Assembly: GCA_964304625.1 (NCBI GenBank)
Contig: OZ199839.1
Location: 8,278,560-8,342,559 of the forward strand
DNA length: 64,000 nt
Reading direction: 5' to 3'
Source of the DNA: Kudoa neothunni
Taxonomy: Eukaryota; Animalia; Cnidaria
In this document: in pieces, positions 1 to 14,200 of the stretch
Layout: each line of letters begins with the position of its first letter
Numbering within the stretch: position 1 is the stretch's first letter
Notes under the pieces: generated by a model
Seen by the model: only the letters and a program-made list of their open reading frames with translations
Databases searched by the model: none
What the model was told of the DNA's origin: nothing
Translations under genes and position numbers: made by a program

Positions 1-3000
1 CAATGATCACCTACTTATTGATGAAAAATATGTTATGCAGAAAGATGATTTGCATAATAATAAAGGACAAAAACTATACTACCCATACCAGAACGTTGTT
101 GTTGTTGAGAGTCAAGATCCGAACGAGTTAAGTTCAAACAGTGACTTTGAACTTGATAAATCTGTTGAACAGATTGAGGTTGTTAACATTGAACAAGTTG
201 ATAAACAAATGTCGACTGTGAGAGCCCAGACGCTCGATGTCTCGGTTAATCCTTGTAACATTCAGGAAGATAGAAATCAACTGGAATATTCCACGACTCA
301 AAGTGATACTTCTTTCTATGAAAAAATTGCGGATAATGATACTTCCTTTGAATCTGCTCCTAACGTAAACATATTCTCCTCAAAAAAAGCAGATGGGGGC
401 ACTTTGATTGAAGGAAAAACGCCGACTGATTTAAATGTTGGCAGCGATAAGGGTCATGCATACCGTATCATTGATGTTGATAACGAAGCAATTACGTTGC
501 AGCAAGCTCAAATTGAAACTAATGAGGTTACTGAAAAATTAACAACTATAAATGAAGATGTCTCTGTGGTTATTGATAAGGAAAAAGCTATGGAAGCTTC
601 GAATAGTACTTCCTCTGAGAATGACTATTTGGAACATTCCACTATTCAAGGGGACAGGACCGCTCATGCACAAAAAGATATAGATGTTGATTTGAATGAG
701 GTGATTTCCGTCTCTAATCAAGGCGAATTTGGCAATCTAACCGGGAAGGCAACCACTGATGAATCATGTTTGAGCGAAATGCATTCAACATCAATAGATG
801 AAATAGACGTGAACAAAAACTTAAACGAATATGAGATAACGACAGTCCATGAAGAGGAAAGCTACGTCAAAAGCCAAAAATTGAGAGAGGGTTTACAGAC
901 GTTAATCGAAGAAGTAACTGATATGGCTATGATACCTGGAAGCGTCACGTTAGAAAATGCTGACCTAAGTCAAGCTAACCTATCCTCTCTTCGCGATGAT
1001 GTTAAAAAGAGGATAGAGGATGCAATCCACCGGAGGTCAAATGATGCAGAGTTTATGGAAGGTTTACAAGAAATTGTTGAAATGGGACGAGATGACTCTT
1101 GGAATTCTGCTGCGGAGGAATTCAAGGCTGTTGAAGATGGACTTGATCATATTATCTCGAATGTTGGACCCGATAATGCGTTACCATCTAATCAACTAGA
1201 CGACTCATCTTTGGAACATCCTAATGAAGAGGGTGAAAGGCTGTTGATTGTGACATCTTCAACTCCAGTTAAAAAGGTGATTGGAGAGAACGAAATGTCA
1301 GCCGTAGACAAATGCACAAAACGCCTGGACTTTGATGAATCAAATAATGAATATGATCAGAGAAGAAGTTGGGATAGTCAGAGTCAGCCAAATATCCCAG
1401 GAAGTTTGAGATCCGTAGCATTCCCTTTGATTGATAAAAAAATACAACCATTAAAATCTAGTAGTATGTTTTCGGCATCATTTGTTGGGAATGACAAATC
1501 AGTTGATTCGAGCGATTTGGCTCAAACTAGTATTGCTGTTGATACCAATATATCGTTTGACAATACAAAGTTCTATGAAACACTCTCTGGGACCGATACT
1601 CAACCACAGAGTGATGATACTGGCACAGTTTACTGCGAAATTTTTGTTAACAAAACCAATATAGACGAACAAGAAAATAACTCATCTGATCTTGTTGAAA
1701 TAAGTTTATTGGGCAAGTATTTACTGGAAAATGAAGTAGGGGATAGAGCCAAAAAGTCGGTTACATCTCCAAAAACTCAGTGTTTATTTTTGGATGACAT
1801 ATGGCAGGAAGCTCAGAATAAGAGATCCAAAAATTCTATACCAGAAAAAGAAATGTCTTTCCACTCAATCAACTATGTAAACAGATCGCTCGAAAGTCTA
1901 CATGAAGAATGTGCATATGGATATGAAAAACTTTTGATTGACCCCTTCTTTGAAAATAAGAATTTGTATTATATGCACACTCATTTGTACAAATCGAATA
2001 TTGGGGGCAAGTGTTGGTCAGCAGAGAGGCCTCCTTTCTTAATGCTTGTTCGTAATGAAACTGAAGAAAGGAGTGACGCCGAACATGTCTCGTACATAAC
2101 TAACACAATACCTGATTATGATGCTATTTGTTCATCCATATCGATCCTATCTTACTTCTCGTTTCTTATCAATTGTTTCAATGTGGTAGATTATCATGTT
2201 GTTTTGTAGGTTTATGTATTATTTTTTTAAGAAATACTGGAGCATTCCAAAAGTTGTTGTGAAATCGAGGAGCGCGTTAGATGAAACAAGTTATCCTCAG
2301 TTATCCCAAGCATCTTCCAATCTGCTGAGTGGCGAACGGTCTATCAGCTATGAAAGTCTACTCAATAATATTATGACTGGTTACAAAACCGATGTTGAAA
2401 CAAATTCGTTCTCTGAGACACGTTTTGAACCAACCTCCGAAAGAAAAATGCGTCAAATGTACCCAAAATTAAAAAGACTCGAGCACACTTATCTCTCTCC
2501 CATTAGTGTTAGTTGGGTAGTATGATTGTGGAATAAAGTGGATTTTAGGTTATTCATCGCAAAATTCGAAATGAATCGCGTACATCATTAGATTATTCCC
2601 CAAAAGCCTCTAGAAAAGACTCATATGAAAATATTACGTATAAATAAATTTAAAACATGTGTATAATGTTAGAATAGAGCAAGGGTTAGTTCTCACCGCA
2701 ACGATGATTCAAATCTTGATTGGGAATCAAGTGGAAGGTTGAGTTGTGGCAGTAACTTTTTGGATTTTACGTGTGTGCAGTAGTTTTGATTATGGTTTTA
2801 GTTTCGTTGAAAACACCTTCAACTTTCATTCGTTCTAGACAAAATAAACTGAGTAGATCTCTTCACGACAACCAGAAAAATCTTTCTTATAACGTTAGAA
2901 ACCGCCCATACCAACGCTCGAGGTCAATTATCGATAAACCAAAAACCAAGATAGGATTCGGAGAGAGATTTTCTTGGAGTGGAAATGTTAAGGTATTTTT

Positions 3001-3507
3001 GAATGAGAAAAAATGTTGATTGAATTTGAATATAGAGTAAAAAACTCCAGTCGAAAAAGGGAAAACATTTAGAGGTAGGTTTTTTTGGAGACAAATAGCG
3101 ACTCTGCTTGACTCATATTGCGGAGCTGGATTTTATTTGTTATGAATTAACTTTGTAACTAAGTTTGTTGGCTTTAGACACGTGAATCCTTATGCGGAAG
3201 ACGAAGCCATGAATGCTTGCTATTTCATGAAGGGGTTATCACATTCGGGAAGAGATCAATTTTCATTCGAGTATCAATATAAAAACTCTCATTTTTATAA
3301 AATTTAATAGAATTTTGGAGATACATACATGGTAAGAATTGGCGGTGGATGGCAACCTCTTGAGCAGTTTTTAGAGAAACAACGAAAATATAGAGTAACT
3401 CTAGGAATGATAAATTCTCCATATTGATTATAATTTAGAATATCGATGAGCTTGAAAAGAAACTCCGAAAAACTCTCAGCTCAAACGTACTGAATCCAAC
3501 TGAATGA
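1..3507 (+). CDS. GAS2-family protein, 3' part: long acidic low-complexity exon, several short exons, C-terminal GAR domain (5' end outside window)
   Basis: Frame is open from the window edge through ORF 35..2209. Downstream exons are separated by short GT-AG introns. Exons at ~3180-3400 read GVITFGKRSIFIR|NFGDTYMVRIGGGWQPLEQFL (GAR signature VRxGGGW). Last exon NIDELEKKLRK...PTE ends with TGA at 3505-3507. That the acidic exon and the GAR exons belong to one gene is inferred. Confidence 0.75.
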
Positions 3508-6500
3508 TCCTGACCCAAAATCAACCTATTAATACTGTTTATCAGATTTTAGTACTGTTTTCTGTTTTGCTGATAAAATAATATTTTATCGCAACAGCTC
3601 ATTAATACTTTTATATCAATATGAGGTCTAAAAAATATTGATTTCAAATTATTTAAATGATTATTGGGTCAATTCTAATAATATTTGAGTTTATTTCTAA
3701 TCATGACATGTTTAAGTTACCGGCCTTAATTTTAGTTCGACGAAACAATTTCAGATTAAAATATATTTCCAGGCTCTATCATTATAGTTATGCATTTAGG
3801 ACTTTATCTGTGATGTTTAATAACACTCATAATTAAAATTAACTATGATACACTAAAATTTAGAAAATGACTATTATGAGGAATCTTCATAATATTTAAG
3901 AATTAATTTGAACCATATTTAATTATTTCTTATGAATAAGAGCGTAATGATGAATCAAACATAATCAAATATCAGATTCTAACGAGTAGCTGTTCATTTA
4001 ATGATAAATAGGAGTTGGTATAATTGATAATGTCGAAGCACATACATATATTCTACTTGAGATGAAATTTTTTAGCCCAAGTCAAAAAATAATCACGAAA
4101 TATTTGAAATCTAGCGTATTTGTACAAATATGTTAGAAGACAGTAAGGATTCGGCGACATTGAGAAGGTTAATAATTGCTAGTTTTAATAATATTTTTTA
4201 TGGATATGGCATTAGCCAATTTTCACTTTATTATTTTATAAATAAAATGTATTGGATATTTTTTTAAATATCTAACCTAGTAAAATTTAACTTCATTGAG
4301 TAGATTATACCCCGCATTTTTCGTAAATATAATCTATAATTCTTGAAAGCTTTAATTCAAACCTCGCTTAAAAGTTAGGCTTGTAAAGATTATACATACC
4401 TTGCGAAACTAATTTTTTAACAGGATTTATTTTTAAAATTTGTTAAATATAATGTAAGAAATATTTTTGGTTCAACTTGACAACCACTCTACAAACTGAC
4501 AATCTTGATGAAAAATTTGTTCTTGATTCCTTGGCGCGTATTAAATTTAATGAATTTTTCTGTTTACATTATAACAAAAATTTACTTGATGACTTGAGAA
4601 TTTTGTTGTAAAACGAATTTTAAGGGTATATTAAATAATCTCTTTTTTATTACTTGGGAAATCTAGGGGCTTTGATGAAACCTAATTACTTTAAAGAGTA
4701 ATCTATAAAAAAATGAAAAAGTGCCAATTTAAATATTAACTATAATTTAAACAAATTTTTATATAAATAATTTTCTTTTTTAACTTCAGCGTCTTGATAA
4801 ACTTACCCTTGATTATATTTGAGTCTTCATCGCGTAGTTCTCTGAATATATAAAAGTCTAATATTAATAAGGAATTATCGAATGGCTTATTTGTTTTTTA
4901 TTTGCGAGAAGAACTTGAAATTAAACAGTAAAACCACATCGATATATCCCTCCGCAGCTATTCTACTGTAGGAAGTGACTGTTCTTACGAGACCGTGTAA
5001 TCCCTTCTCGAGGCTGTTTATTCGTACGTCAATGAATATCTTTTTTCCTATTTTATATATTTCAAGTCTGAATTTATAAACATGTGATTACATTTTTTTC
5101 CTTTAAAATTTTTAAACTTTATAAATTAGTGTTTTAGTTATCTTAGTTCATAAGTTTTTGGCATTATCCTTTGCTTTCGACCATTTAATGAAACTAAAAA
5201 TCAATTATTTTTCCATTTGTGGCAGTTTGGGCATATTTGAATCAAGGGTTTTTGCTAATTGTGATAACGTAACTTTATTTTCATCCAAACCTTTTGGTCC
5301 ATGCGGCAATGTTACGGCTCCATCTGATTATTGAGAGCCTGACTAAGTCTAATTTTAAGCGCATTTTGACCTACAATACTATTTAAAAAGTTGTTTTTTT
5401 AAATTAGGAATATAAATCGTTGTGTAATTTTTAAATTTTTGTCACCTTATAAATTAATCCTACCTGTATGACACGCGAAAAAATGACGTGTGTACCGATG
5501 GGCTCCAATTTGGACCAATGATGAAATCGATTATAAATGCGACCAATTATTAATAAAATAACGTGATAATATTTAAGGTATTTATAAATTGGTTAAATCT
5601 ATCCCTCTAATGTAGCTTTTAATGCAGATATAAGATCGAGATAGACTGATCGAGTTGGACCAGTGTGGTGGAGACTGCATAAGTTTCAACACCAACGTTT
5701 CCATTAAAATCATATCTAATGAAGTTGGGAATTAATTTTATTTTAAATGTAATTTGCATGTAAAAATGTTAATTTTAATAGTATAATTTAAATTAAGTTG
5801 ATGAATATACTGAAGAAAAAAAGATAAACCAACATAATATTAAATGATAATAATGTTTTTGCCTGAGTAATTGTAAATAAATGTATAAATTAAACAACAG
5901 CTCATAATAAATATAAAAGTAACTAATTTCGAGACATTCATAATAATTTTTATAGACACACCCATTCAATCCTAAGTCAAGTCTGTGGGAGGACCAAAGA
6001 GCAACAGATTAACTACTGTTGGTTTTCCGATTAAAAATCATATTTTTGATAAAAAATTAACGGATTATAAAAATTACCGAATATGAGTCCCTGATTATGT
6101 ATTATGATTTATATTTTTATGTTAAATAACATTCATTATGAAACAGGGAATACATTTTTTTCGGCAGGTCTATTTTATTTAAGATTTTTAAAACAAATCA
6201 TCAATGTTTGCTAAGTTATGTTGTAAATATCCTATAAAATTGATAATATTTCATTCGATTAATTCGTATCAGACTGTAGCATTGACACGTGAGCTAATAG
6301 ATTCGGATGAAAGTGAAGTTAAATTATCATAATTGGAATAAATTAGTGATTTCAATATACATAAATTGTTATAAATATCAGAATAATTAGTTGATAGTCG
6401 TAATAAATAGTTGGAAGGGAGGAATAATGCCAAAAACTTATGAATTAAGATAATTAAAACGTTAATTTGTAAAAAATAAAAATTTTGTAGGAAAACAATC

Positions 6501-7249
6501 TAATCACATGTTTTTAAATATCTAATGTAGGAAAGAAGATATTCATTGTCGTAAGAATAGCCAGTGCCAATTTTAACCCTTCCGTCAGGTGTGTTGTCCA
6601 GCCGGACCTCAAACTCATAATTATTTGATTTTCTTATTACAATAAACAACAGCGACTTTATATACACCATGTAATCTTTCAATTGGTTGAAAAGTTTTTT
6701 TTTGCATTTAATCTATGAATTATTATAAACATGGTGCTTCCAATTTAGCCGAACAATCTGACGTTTTGTTTTCAGGCACATAAGCATGAAAAATATCAGA
6801 AATTTTAATATATTTATATAATTTATATTATTTCAACAGTTAAACGTTAGCCTATTAGTCGTGAAACTTAACCAATCTATAAAATATTAGTCTTAGCATA
6901 CCGATGATTGGATTAGGGCTCTGTTTGATTTTATTGACTTTGAAAGTGTATGTAGTAAATATTTTTATTGAAAAGATATCGTTAATTTTTAAGATATTCT
7001 TTGGGGAGATGATTATCATATCGACTTGTGACATTCGGATAAAAGTTTTGATAGTGATGTTGACTTTGGAGTGTCCATGCCCAAAGGGACTTATTCCAAT
7101 ATTTTAAAATTTATACAAAAGAGGCCAGAGAACAAGGCATTTATAAAATGATTGTATAACTTCTTGAAATTTTTAATTAACACTTTTCTAACATAATATG
7201 CAAAAAATGTCCATAAAGTTTTAAAATTGCTTAATATAGCATTAACACA

Positions 7250-9918
7250 AAACCTTAACGATTACATTTATTTAATCCGAAATCTGTACAAAGGATGCTG
7301 ATTTGGTACGTAAAACGTAAATATCTGGGGGGGGGGCTTGTGTTGTCACGCAATCTAAAACAAATTGACTTTAAATTACTAGTGACTTGATTTCTGTCAT
7401 CAGAGTTATTAATTTTTGATGACATTATATAGCTAGTAATAAACAATCACATTTAAAAAGTTGGTGCGTGTTACGCCAATACAAAGACATTGACTTTTTA
7501 TAATGAATAATTTGAAATATCGATTCTATGTTTTGTAAATAGATTCAATATTAACTTATCATCCAATATCATGGGATTTAAACTGCATCATGCCAGGAAC
7601 TTGATGAACCCCACATCGGAACACACGTTACTTTTGCGAACGCTGTCCTTCGAGGGTTAAGGGGGATGTGTCGTATAAACAACTTCGATTTTTCCCCATC
7701 GTTGCCAACTTTTTTTTTGAGAATGGAATTAATCTGAGGTCGTTGTCCTTGGCGAGGTCATCCTTAACATTCCTTGATCGTACTAGGAAAACCGTTCGGA
7801 AAATCATAATGATATGGATCAACTAACTTTTTTAGAATAAGTAACGGTGTACTTTTCCCATTCCTGACCTTAGACACACACATTAAAGGGATTGTTTGAA
7901 TCATCTGTGATTGGAAGAGGACTTCTCTTTAGATGATTAAGAAGGATTTTTTTGTCCCCCTTCCTACATTAGAGGATCCAAAAATTCCTTAACTTTTTTG
8001 AATGAGGTGTGGGATACAAAATTTAAATTAAAGAATTTCAAAGAAAAATTCGACCCAACCTTACGGCGGGGTTTGAAGTCTATAGGAGACATAATTTAAC
8101 TTTTGTAATAAATATGATTGATGAAACTAGAAATGTCATCATTTGACTTGGCCATTAATTTTTTTATTATTAAAACCCATTTTATGGAGTCTAACTTAGT
8201 TAGCTTCAAAAGATTCTTCATTTCTTTTATGACGTCGCAAATGTTTGGTATACGGGATAATTCCTCAAAATATTCTCGACTTTTTTGGCCAGAATACTCC
8301 CTTTTTAATGAACGTATTTGTATGTCGAGCTATGCGTCCATTTTTTGGGATGTATCCCCATTCATTTTTTAGCTCATCAAACGCCGATCATTCATCCCAT
8401 TTCGTTACGTACACTAATTCTTGTTGATAACTCAAACTTAGTGTTAGATCAATCTAGTTAACGTACGTTAAATTATCAAATAATGTTTTCTGATTTTTGA
8501 GAATTATCTGCGAAAAAAATTTATTTATTTTCTTAAGCATAATAGAATAAGAATTAGCCGACATGGGCGCCCGGGGGATCTTGGAGATATTTTATAAGCA
8601 TATAAACACACAAAATTAATATGAGCATAAAATTTTACATGTTTGGATTGTAAAAAAGGTTACGTATAACGTATAGATTATAGTTCAGCTCGTAGACTAT
8701 GAGTTGATCTGAGTTATTCGTTACTATATGGGATTTGGAAGATATTCTGTGGGTATAAGGAGTTAGATCCATAAAATTTAAGTTATTTTTACTTGTCAAA
8801 GGCGCCTCTTAACGATTTATTCATAATTCCTTGCTGTCCACATTTCTCATCAGTTTGATTAACATTTTTGTTAAAGAGTCGTCGTATACGACTTTTTGCA
8901 GAGGATACATTTGTATCGTGTCTGTTTGAGTTATGATCCCACAAGAGGAGTCATGCCATGAAATCATGTCTCTTCTTGGAGTAAAAGTACAATATAAGTT
9001 GTTTGAGTTGTGTTTCTTTCTGAGTCTTTTTGCATAAACCCTCCAAGTTGAGAAAGTAGCTGCTTCTTTTACGATACAATGTGAGGAAATTGTGTATATT
9101 TTGGGCCACGTAAATTTCGGCAATCATGCTCTTCATAATCTCCTCTATGAAGGAGTTACGGAGGTTTTTAGAGGAGTTAATGATTGGTTGGATGGTTGGG
9201 TAATCAGAAGATGGGTGTATATTTCCATTGATTGTTACTTCGTTTATTGTGGGGAGCGACAAATTAATTGAATTTTCTGCCACGAATATGGCTATGGGGT
9301 TATCTTTATAAAGTATTAGTGTTTTTTTATGTAACCATTGTTGACTTTCTGGTGGGTGGCCTTAATTGTAATAAGTATGAGGTTTTTTTAAGTGTCTATA
9401 TGCATCTAAACAACCACGTCCCTCTTTCTAAACATTTTAATTGACATCTTTTATTTGGAAAAATGAGTTTCGAACAAGAAAAATCTAAAGATTGATAACA
9501 CCAGAGTAAACCAACGACTCTTATTCGTTTTTTGTATACATTCTTTCCATCTTATGGAAAGAGTCTTTTAGTTGAGAGTTGTGGAGGTTATAGGAAGTAA
9601 GCTGATAGAATTTTCTTTTAAATGATAACCCGAAAATTTGACAAATCATTTCCTGGATTTTTGTATAGACTCAATTCTCATTTCAATTGAGGATCCATTT
9701 TCAAGGAGGGATTATGGGATGATATTTTTTAAATTCATTTTAATGCCCATATCGAAATATGGGACTATATGAGAATCCCCGGCATGCACTCAAATATGTT
9801 GTGTTTCGATTTGTTTGATTAGGTTGTTGTAGGATGAGATGGATTCGTAACACCCATAATAGTCAATGGCGTGTATTATGCTTCCTTTGTTTAACGCATT
9901 TATTTTATATGGAGTCAT
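7250..9918 (-). pseudogene. Decayed AEP (PrimPol-type) primase + Zn finger + D5-like SF3 helicase gene; probable endogenous DNA-virus/Polinton-like remnant
   Basis: Manual minus-strand translation across stops and frameshifts. VPYFDMG (~9745-9765, AEP motif I hhhDxD, G one substitution from D); KDSFH (~9554-9568, motif II SxH); DVN*NV*KEGRGCL (~9410-9450, motif III region); C-KKTQ/KK-H-NSNNLY...WHDSSC (~8941-9033, resembles PrimPol C..HKSNN..CHDxxC); V*G..RNGKST.LLILKKL (~7820-7875, Walker A); LKKKVGNDG..CLY (~7670-7705) and KFLA*CSLIP (~7570-7605), resembling D5 motifs. No introns apparent. Confidence 0.7.
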
Positions 9919-11131
9919 TTAAGTTCGTATGAGAATTCGATAGAAACGAGGTTGCACAAATGCTTGTAGTACGTTAATTGCGGGGGGAAGTAGTCAATTG
10001 ATTTTCCCCACACGCTAATGTCTATTATTGATCTTTGAATGAAACTTGGATTCGTGCTTATTGGGGATATACTCATCGTTTATTTAATATTTGTAATGTT
10101 GAAATATTATTTAACACAATATGTATTAAAATGATCAACTTTCCGAGCGCTTTTGGGGTCTATTAAACCCCAAGCCATATTAAAGGTTAGTTTTTTGCCT
10201 CCTTCCAATGATCTAAATTTCCTAAAACTGGGTCTATTCTTGTCAAATTTCTTACACTATATGTCTGCCAAATAAGTTTTGAATTATCTTTAACAAATGA
10301 AAAATAAAATAAAAATTATACACTTGATGTTTATAGGGTCTAATAGATCTCACAATTTTATTTTATCATATTATGTATAAAATTATAATAAAATGGAATT
10401 GAGGATATGAGCAAAATCAATCAACGAAATAAAGAGAAAAATGAGAAATTCTTATTCTTATAGACATAGGATCAACGGCAGGTAATCGCCAAGGAGAAAT
10501 TTAGACAATCCATCAAAATCCTAGTTGTCAAACTTATTTCTTACAATATATAAAGGCTGCCAACTCGATTGAGTATTGGTGCCTTTAACAATAATTACGA
10601 GAGGCTAGGAGTTAGATTTCATCTTACAGAAATTATTATTGAGAATAAATAGAATGCCGAAAGTAATGTAATGGTGATGCAACCCTTATAAGCACAGAAA
10701 TTATAATAATAACGGATTCGTTTTTGTCCGTTGCGGCTTATTTGGATTACTGTCATCTTACTGCAATTTATCTCAAATTTATTATCCGACTTAAACCTTA
10801 AATTAAAAGGTTTTGTTGATTTTTTTAATTATAATTGATTGTTTAATTAGATTAAAATTTGTTTTTAATATTTGCATTACAGCTTCCCGTTATATTTTAA
10901 ATTTCTTGGCTTATGAAAGAAAGAGACAATTTTTTAATGTACCACGTAATAATGAAAATGCTATCTAATGTACATGATAACATTAATAGTATTATTTTTA
11001 ATTGGTCAGTAATTGGCCTTTAGTAACGGAATTATTTGATAATTCGTGACTAGAAATATTCACTTGATTACATTTCGTGACATTGAAGTATCCACTTAAA
11101 ATAAAAAAAGGTGATTCACTAAGTTTAAATA

Positions 11132-11201
11132 CAGTAAGGTCTCGATATTGGGCAGTAAAAGTCCAGGTCCCGATTTAGTGCGCAATATCGAGACCTTACT
11201 G
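11132..11201. mobile_element. 70-bp MITE with perfect 19-bp TIRs (pogo/Tigger-like), TA target duplication
   Basis: TA-CAGTAAGGTCTCGATATTG ... CAATATCGAGACCTTACTG-TA, a perfect inverted repeat. Confidence 0.85.
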
Positions 11202-14200
11202 TAAATAAAAAAATGTGATTAAACATTAGTGTTTGAAGTTTTGGGGGATCTACGTAGGAGGTAATATAACAAATTTTGATGGATGTGGTATTAATAATTG
11301 ACTCCATTCCATTCAATTCTGATTATTTACATAAATATGATAAGCGATTATTTAATATACATAAGTTATTTACCCTATGTGTGCCAGATATATGCACTCG
11401 GAGGAGAAATTTTTCGTCCAAAGACAAACAGGTAATAGACAGGGTGTGGTAGCTAAAAAACCAAATCTGTATATAGACAGCTTGTGATTAAGCTAAAATT
11501 TAGAGGGATTAAAAATTTCAAGTGTGCAAGCGTACATGCCTTAAAGGACTAAAATATACCATGCGAATAGTCTGCGCTTTTATCATTACAGAATGGTTTT
11601 GTTACGCGAAAAAAGTTTTGATTCATGAGGAAAACCGTGATAGGGGTTTTGAGTTTAAAGAATTTCAATTGGATACCGCAATATGTTGTTATTCGTGATG
11701 CTTCTAAGTCCGACATGAAAAGAATAAAATATTAATTACTTGTCATATCGAAATCTAAATGTTTCATTTCGTTTTTTGAAAGTTTTCTTTAAATATAACT
11801 GATTTTTCTATCATTACAGAAAATAATGCTAATCTAATATCCGATGTTTGAATGAGAAGGGAATATTAATTAAAAAATTAAAAGCCTCCTTAGGAATGTT
11901 TATTCCTTACTATCTTTTTTTATAACGTTTCATTGTAAATTATCAAATTTAATTATGTAAAAATGAGAATACGTATAAACAAGAAACAGGTGTATTGCAT
12001 TTTGTGGAAAATACCGACTTTAGTTTGAATGGATAACAATGCAACAAAATACTTTCAAAGTAATTTTTTAATAAAATTAATTTTTATAAATAATTTACCC
12101 TAAAAAATTTTATTTAATCCGTAAAACTTTCATAAAGATAACCCGAAAAAGGGGGTATCACTAATCCGGCATCGCAAAAAATGGATTAAAGACGCCCATC
12201 GGAAAACGTTCAAGACCGACAGTGTGCGGTTGTATTAAAATCGTAAAGCGTTTACATTTTAAAAAGTTGTCATTTAATTTACCATTAACTCTAATACAAA
12301 AACTTTAATATTAACTCTTAATGGACCACCATGTTTTCCGCGAGCTCAAGAACAAGTCTGGGCTTAAATTGGTTAAATATCGTTATTAGCGCGATTAACA
12401 TTTAAGTTATATTGCATTGTAAGGCCTTAAAAAAATAAAACACATTTTCATTACGTAGAGTTACTAAAAGTACAAGTAATGCTGCTTAAAGAGTGTTCGG
12501 TACAGTCGTTCTTATGGCACTGGCAACAAATCTGTTTGCTCCCGCGTGCGACATTAGATGTAGATGAACAAAGCTAACATAGCCTTCTTTTATTTTCATC
12601 TTTGTCGTCATTGTTTGCGTAATGAATATCAAAATCGTATCCCGAGATTTACATTGAACGCTTTAAGGTCACCTGGAAAGAAATTTTAGGATTTTACAAT
12701 CTACTACTCTGTACATCTTTTATCAATGATACACCCAAATCATCTTCAGAACTCTTATTTAACACATTACTTTGGATAAAATTTTGTCTAGATCGCTCGA
12801 AAAAAATACTTTCACAATCAGGCGATATTTTGATTAACATGCAAAAGTGTGTTTGAAATTAAACAAACCAAACGAAGGATTTCATTTTTAATTAATGCCT
12901 GCATTACATGCTTAAAATTTCTCAAAATGAATTAAGTAATAATTAAATTTTTTTGAATTTATGTGAAATTTGGGTTTAAAATAATGAAGTTTTGGGGTTA
13001 TAAACACAATTTAATAGGTGGGGGCTCGCGGAACCCAAGTTGATCCATTAAGGGTTAATTAGTTAAGCTCCTATTTTGAACAGTGATATTTTCCGATTCC
13101 TTTTAACATTAGTTCTAATAGGCTTATTGTTGTAATTACGGCTTCAATAAGTTTTGTAATCGTAATAAATATACAATAAATGCATAAATAGTATTCATAG
13201 TAAATATAAAATTTTCCAATTTATTCAAAGAAACCTCCAAATTACTAGGGTCATAAATGACCTCAACATCCCAAGGGAATTTACCCCAGCATCGCCTATC
13301 GATAGCCTAAATAAAATTTTAAATCTATTATGCAACTATCTTGCCACGTTGCGTTGCACCAAGAAATGATTATTATATTATTAGCGTAAGGAAAGAAGAT
13401 TTGGCTTATCAACAATAGGATTTTCGCTATTCGAAGGGTCGCATCAATAACAGTGATTATTAAATAAATATAGTTAAAACCTAACATTATTTTTTAAGGA
13501 GTTGGGGAAATTCATGAGCATGCCTCAGGATTCTTAAATAACATAAATCTCTCAATAGTATATATGTGAAGCGAGCGTTTTAAATCATTATTTCCGATCA
13601 AGAATTGTTGTTGTTAATGCTCAATTAGGAATTTATCTCCCAGAGAATTATTTATGAGAGAAAATGTAATGCGAAAGTTAAGTTTGAATAATGTGAAGCT
13701 ACATCATCTGCAATCGTGACCCTTAACTGATGTGAAAAATTATATACAGAAAAAAAGATTTAATGATAAATCACCATCACTGATTCAAAAAAGATTAAAT
13801 TTTCTTTTTAATTAATTGTTTCTCTCTGTAGACAGTTTCAACTACTCTAATAACTATACGTTTCTTTTTCCTCAATGAGCTTTTAATTTATAAAAGAATT
13901 TTATTCACTTTTCAAAAATATATGGATTTTTAATTTAGTGTTTACTACGGTATGACAAATTTTCGCCAACAGGCGCGCTCGTAGCATTGGTAAAATTGCA
14001 CGCACAACACAGCAGAGGGATAAATGCTATAATTCAACTCTAATGATCAATTATTTTGAAGGAAATCACTCAGTTATAGTGATATTTTTAAGTTTTCTGA
14101 CAATTATATCGTATACTTCTCGTTCAATATCCGTTTGATATTTATACCTTTTCAACCTTGATACTTCAAATAATGTCTTAAATTATGTCTTAAATCAGGA

